A stretch of DNA of 32,000 bases, taken from Aliivibrio fischeri ES114 (GTDB lineage Bacteria; Pseudomonadota; Gammaproteobacteria; Enterobacterales; Vibrionaceae). This document shows positions 29,346-32,000 of the stretch, in pieces. Within the stretch, counting starts at the first letter, position 1. The number at the start of each line of letters is the position of its first letter. The translations under genes and the position numbers were made by a program. The notes beneath the pieces are model-generated. The model searched no databases. It was not told where the DNA came from and worked only from the letters and a program-made list of their open reading frames with translations. The stretch lies in the NCBI RefSeq assembly GCF_000011805.1, contig NC_006840.2, one strand, 5' to 3'.

Positions 29346-30095
29346 ATGTGGGTTGGCGTTATTAGCCTATTTCCTGAAATGTTCCGTTCGGTTACCGATT
29401 TTGGGGTAACTAGCCAAGCAATAAAAAAAGGTCTTTTATCTATTGAGACATGGAATCCTAGAGATTTCACTCATGATAAACATCGCACTGTTGATGACCG
29501 ACCTTATGGTGGTGGTCCTGGAATGTTAATGATGGTACAGCCTTTGCGCGATGCCATTACTGCAGCCAGAGAAGCGTCACCCGGCAAAACGAAAGTGATT
29601 TACCTTTCACCTCAAGGCAGAACGCTGAATCAAGCTGGTGTTGAGGAGTTAGCGACAAACGAGAATTTAATTCTAATTTGTGGCCGATACGAAGGTGTAG
29701 ATGAGCGCATAATACAATCTGAAGTTGACGAAGAATGGTCAATTGGGGATTTTGTGCTTACAGGTGGGGAACTCCCTGCTATGACGTTGATTGATTCTGT
29801 ATCTCGGTTTGTTCCGGGTGTATTAGGTGATTTCGCGTCCGCTGAAGAAGATTCTTTTGCAGACGGTTTGTTAGATTGTCCGCACTATACAAGACCTGAG
29901 GTTTTGGATGGTAAGGAAGTACCTAGTGTACTTAAATCTGGAAACCATAAAGATATCGCTCGTTGGCGAATGAAACAATCGTTAGGCCGTACTTGGCTAA
30001 GAAGACCAGAGCTCCTGGGAAATCTAGCTCTGACTGACGAACAGGAATTATTACTGGCTGAGTTTGTTCGTGAAGAACGCCAGAACAGTAAGTAA
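29346..30095 (+). CDS. trmD: tRNA (guanine-N1)-methyltransferase
   Basis: [49 protein letters not shown]. Confidence 0.98.
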   Translation: MWVGVISLFPEMFRSVTDFGVTSQAIKKGLLSIETWNPRDFTHDKHRTVDDRPYGGGPGMLMMVQPLRDAITAAREASPGKTKVIYLSPQGRTLNQAGVEELATNENLILICGRYEGVDERIIQSEVDEEWSIGDFVLTGGELPAMTLIDSVSRFVPGVLGDFASAEEDSFADGLLDCPHYTRPEVLDGKEVPSVLKSGNHKDIARWRMKQSLGRTWLRRPELLGNLALTDEQELLLAEFVREERQNSK

Positions 30096-30136
30096 TTAAG
30101 TAAATTTAGTATCAGTTTATTCTAGGATATACAAAA

Positions 30137-30490
30137 ATGAGCAACATCATTAAAGCTCTTGAAGATGAGCAACTAAAACAAGACCTACCTAAATTCGCTC
30201 CAGGTGACACTGTAGTAGTTCAGGTTAAAGTTAAAGAAGGTGACCGTGAGCGTCTACAGGCATTCGAAGGCGTTGTAATCGCTATTCGTAACCGTGGTCT
30301 ACACTCTGCGTTCACTGTACGTAAGATTTCTAACGGTGAAGGTGTTGAGCGTACGTTCCAAACACACTCTCCAGTTGTAAACAGCATCGAAGTTAAACGT
30401 CGCGGTGCAGTACGTCGTGCCAAGTTGTACTACCTACGTGAGCGTTCTGGTAAATCAGCTCGTATCAAAGAGAAGCTGGCTAAAAAGTAA
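30137..30490 (+). CDS. rplS: 50S ribosomal protein L19
   Basis: [35 protein letters not shown]...[28 protein letters not shown]. Confidence 0.98.
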
Positions 30491-30521
30491 CGCACACGAG
30501 AACGTTCTCAAATGTGCTATG

Positions 30522-30552
30522 AAGGTGCGCTGTTATCAGCGCACCTTTTTTT
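30522..30552 (+). terminator. Terminator downstream of rplS
   Basis: AAGGTGCGCTG-ttat-CAGCGCACCTTTTTTT. Confidence 0.92.
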
Positions 30553-30568
30553 ATATCTAAATTAAAAC

Positions 30569-30586
30569 TGTAAACTTAAATTTACG
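30569..30586 (+). promoter_or_regulatory. Candidate TyrR box upstream of the DAHP synthase gene
   Basis: TGTAAA-CTTAAA-TTTACG vs consensus TGTAAAN6TTTACA (one mismatch). Confidence 0.55.
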
Positions 30587-30600
30587 ATATAAAATAAAAT

Positions 30601-30618
30601 TGTATTATATTAATTACA
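30601..30618 (+). promoter_or_regulatory. Second, weaker candidate TyrR box
   Basis: TGTATT-ATATTA-ATTACA: TGTA/TACA outer arms preserved, 15 bp after the first box. Confidence 0.3.
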
Positions 30619-30706
30619 ATGGTTGATTTATGTGCTGTACCTGTTAAATTATTTGTATTCGTCTTAATTGACAGTTAATGGAAATAAAAGTTTACAGGTG
30701 TAGGGT

Positions 30707-31780
30707 ATGAGAAAAAGTGAATTAAGTAATATCAATATTATCGATGAGCAGGTGCTGATCACTCCACAAGAGCTTAAAAATAAGATCCCTTTAAGCGAAA
30801 ATGCTCGCCAGTTTATCCAACAATCCCGTCAAACTATTTCTAATATCATTCATAAAAAAGATCACCGTCTATTAATTGTTTGTGGACCATGTTCAATTCA
30901 TGATATCGATGCAGCAAAAGAATATGCAAAACGTTTAAAGGTGATCGCAGAAGATCTAAAAGATCAACTGTACATTGTTATGCGTGTCTACTTTGAAAAA
31001 CCACGAACTACAGTAGGCTGGAAAGGCTTGATTAATGATCCTCATCTTGATGGTTCATTTGATATTGAACAAGGTCTACATTCTGCACGACAATTATTAG
31101 TTGATTTAGCTGAGATGGAAATCCCTCTGGCAACAGAAGCACTAGATCCAATTAGTCCGCAATACATTGGTGATACATTTAGTTGGGCTGCGATTGGGGC
31201 TCGAACCACTGAATCTCAAACTCACCGTGAAATGGCAAGTGGTTTATCTGTTCCTGTAGGCTTTAAAAATGGTACTGATGGCAGCTTATCGACATCGATT
31301 AATGCAATGCAAGCTGCGGCTTCTGGACACCGTTTCATGGGGATTAATAGCGAAGGTCAGGTTGCTTTACTTACAACCCAAGGTAACCCTAATGGTCATG
31401 TTATTTTACGTGGTGGTAAACAAACTAATTATGATTCGGTTTCAGTAACAGAGTGTGAAGAAGAATTAGCAAATTCAAATTTAGATGCGGCTTTAATGAT
31501 TGATTGTAGTCACGCAAATTCACGCAAAGATTACCGTCGTCAGCCTTTAGTTGCTGAAGATGTTATTCATCAAATTCGTGAAGGTAATAAATCGATTATT
31601 GGATTGATGATTGAGAGTCATTTAAATGAAGGTAATCAACCATCAGATATACCATTGTCTGAGATGAAATATGGCGTATCTATTACAGATGCCTGTATCA
31701 ATTGGGAATCAACTGAGGCACTATTACGTCATACTCACAAAGAATTAACTCCGATATTGGAAGAGCGTTTAAAAGGATAG
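30707..31780 (+). CDS. aroF: 3-deoxy-7-phosphoheptulonate (DAHP) synthase, class I, AroF-type by context with tyrA
   Basis: 357 aa; RLLIVCGPCSIHD, YFEKPRTTVGWKGLINDPHLDGS, VGFKNGTDGS, IDCSHANSRKD. Confidence 0.9.
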   Translation: MRKSELSNINIIDEQVLITPQELKNKIPLSENARQFIQQSRQTISNIIHKKDHRLLIVCGPCSIHDIDAAKEYAKRLKVIAEDLKDQLYIVMRVYFEKPRTTVGWKGLINDPHLDGSFDIEQGLHSARQLLVDLAEMEIPLATEALDPISPQYIGDTFSWAAIGARTTESQTHREMASGLSVPVGFKNGTDGSLSTSINAMQAAASGHRFMGINSEGQVALLTTQGNPNGHVILRGGKQTNYDSVSVTECEEELANSNLDAALMIDCSHANSRKDYRRQPLVAEDVIHQIREGNKSIIGLMIESHLNEGNQPSDIPLSEMKYGVSITDACINWESTEALLRHTHKELTPILEERLKG

Positions 31781-31786
31781 ATTGAG

Positions 31787-32000
31787 ATGGCGGTAGAACT
31801 AAGTCATTTACGCGATCAAATTGATGCGGTAGATAAACAGATGTTGGATCTTTTAGCTCAACGCTTACATTTAGTTGAGCTGGTTGGTGAAGTAAAAAGT
31901 GCACATGGATTGCCTATTTATGATCCAAGCCGAGAAGCGGCAATGTTAGCATCAAGACGCTCAGAGGCTGAAAAAAAAGGCGTACCGCCCTCATTAATTG
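31787..32000 (+). CDS. tyrA: Chorismate mutase / prephenate dehydrogenase, N-terminal part (truncated by window)
   Basis: ATG at 31787: [71 protein letters not shown], chorismate mutase domain, open to the window end. Confidence 0.93.
   Translation, partial: MAVELSHLRDQIDAVDKQMLDLLAQRLHLVELVGEVKSAHGLPIYDPSREAAMLASRRSEAEKKGVPPSLI

Overview
This looks like an ordinary, densely coded core-chromosome window from a Vibrionaceae/Aliivibrio-like gammaproteobacterium (inferred from gene content and protein sequences). In order it carries: codB (partial, -), a long-chain acyl-CoA synthetase (-), mutS (-), pncC/cinA-type amidase, recA, alaS, lysC-type aspartokinase, csrA, a cluster of 2 tRNA-Ser(GCT) and 7 tRNA-Arg(ACG), oadGAB, a YqaA-like membrane protein, an M16 peptidase lipoprotein, gshA, a transglycosylase-like lipoprotein, luxS, a CorB/CNNM-type CBS protein (-), ypjD/ccsA-like (-), ffh, rpsP-rimM-trmD-rplS, a DAHP synthase and the start of tyrA. 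I found no CRISPR array, transposase, integrase, defence system or convincing new biochemical system. The most noteworthy items are structural: (1) a near-perfect ~497-bp direct tandem duplication between codB and the acyl-CoA synthetase gene, duplicating the codB upstream region, a terminator hairpin and the last 26 codons of the synthetase; (2) a tRNA-Arg array built from a 144-bp repeat unit; and (3) inside that array, one tRNA-Arg remaining only as 5' and 3' fragments around a decayed (about 89% identical, gap-free over 239 bp) copy of the oadG upstream region and 5' end. recX is also absent from between recA and alaS.
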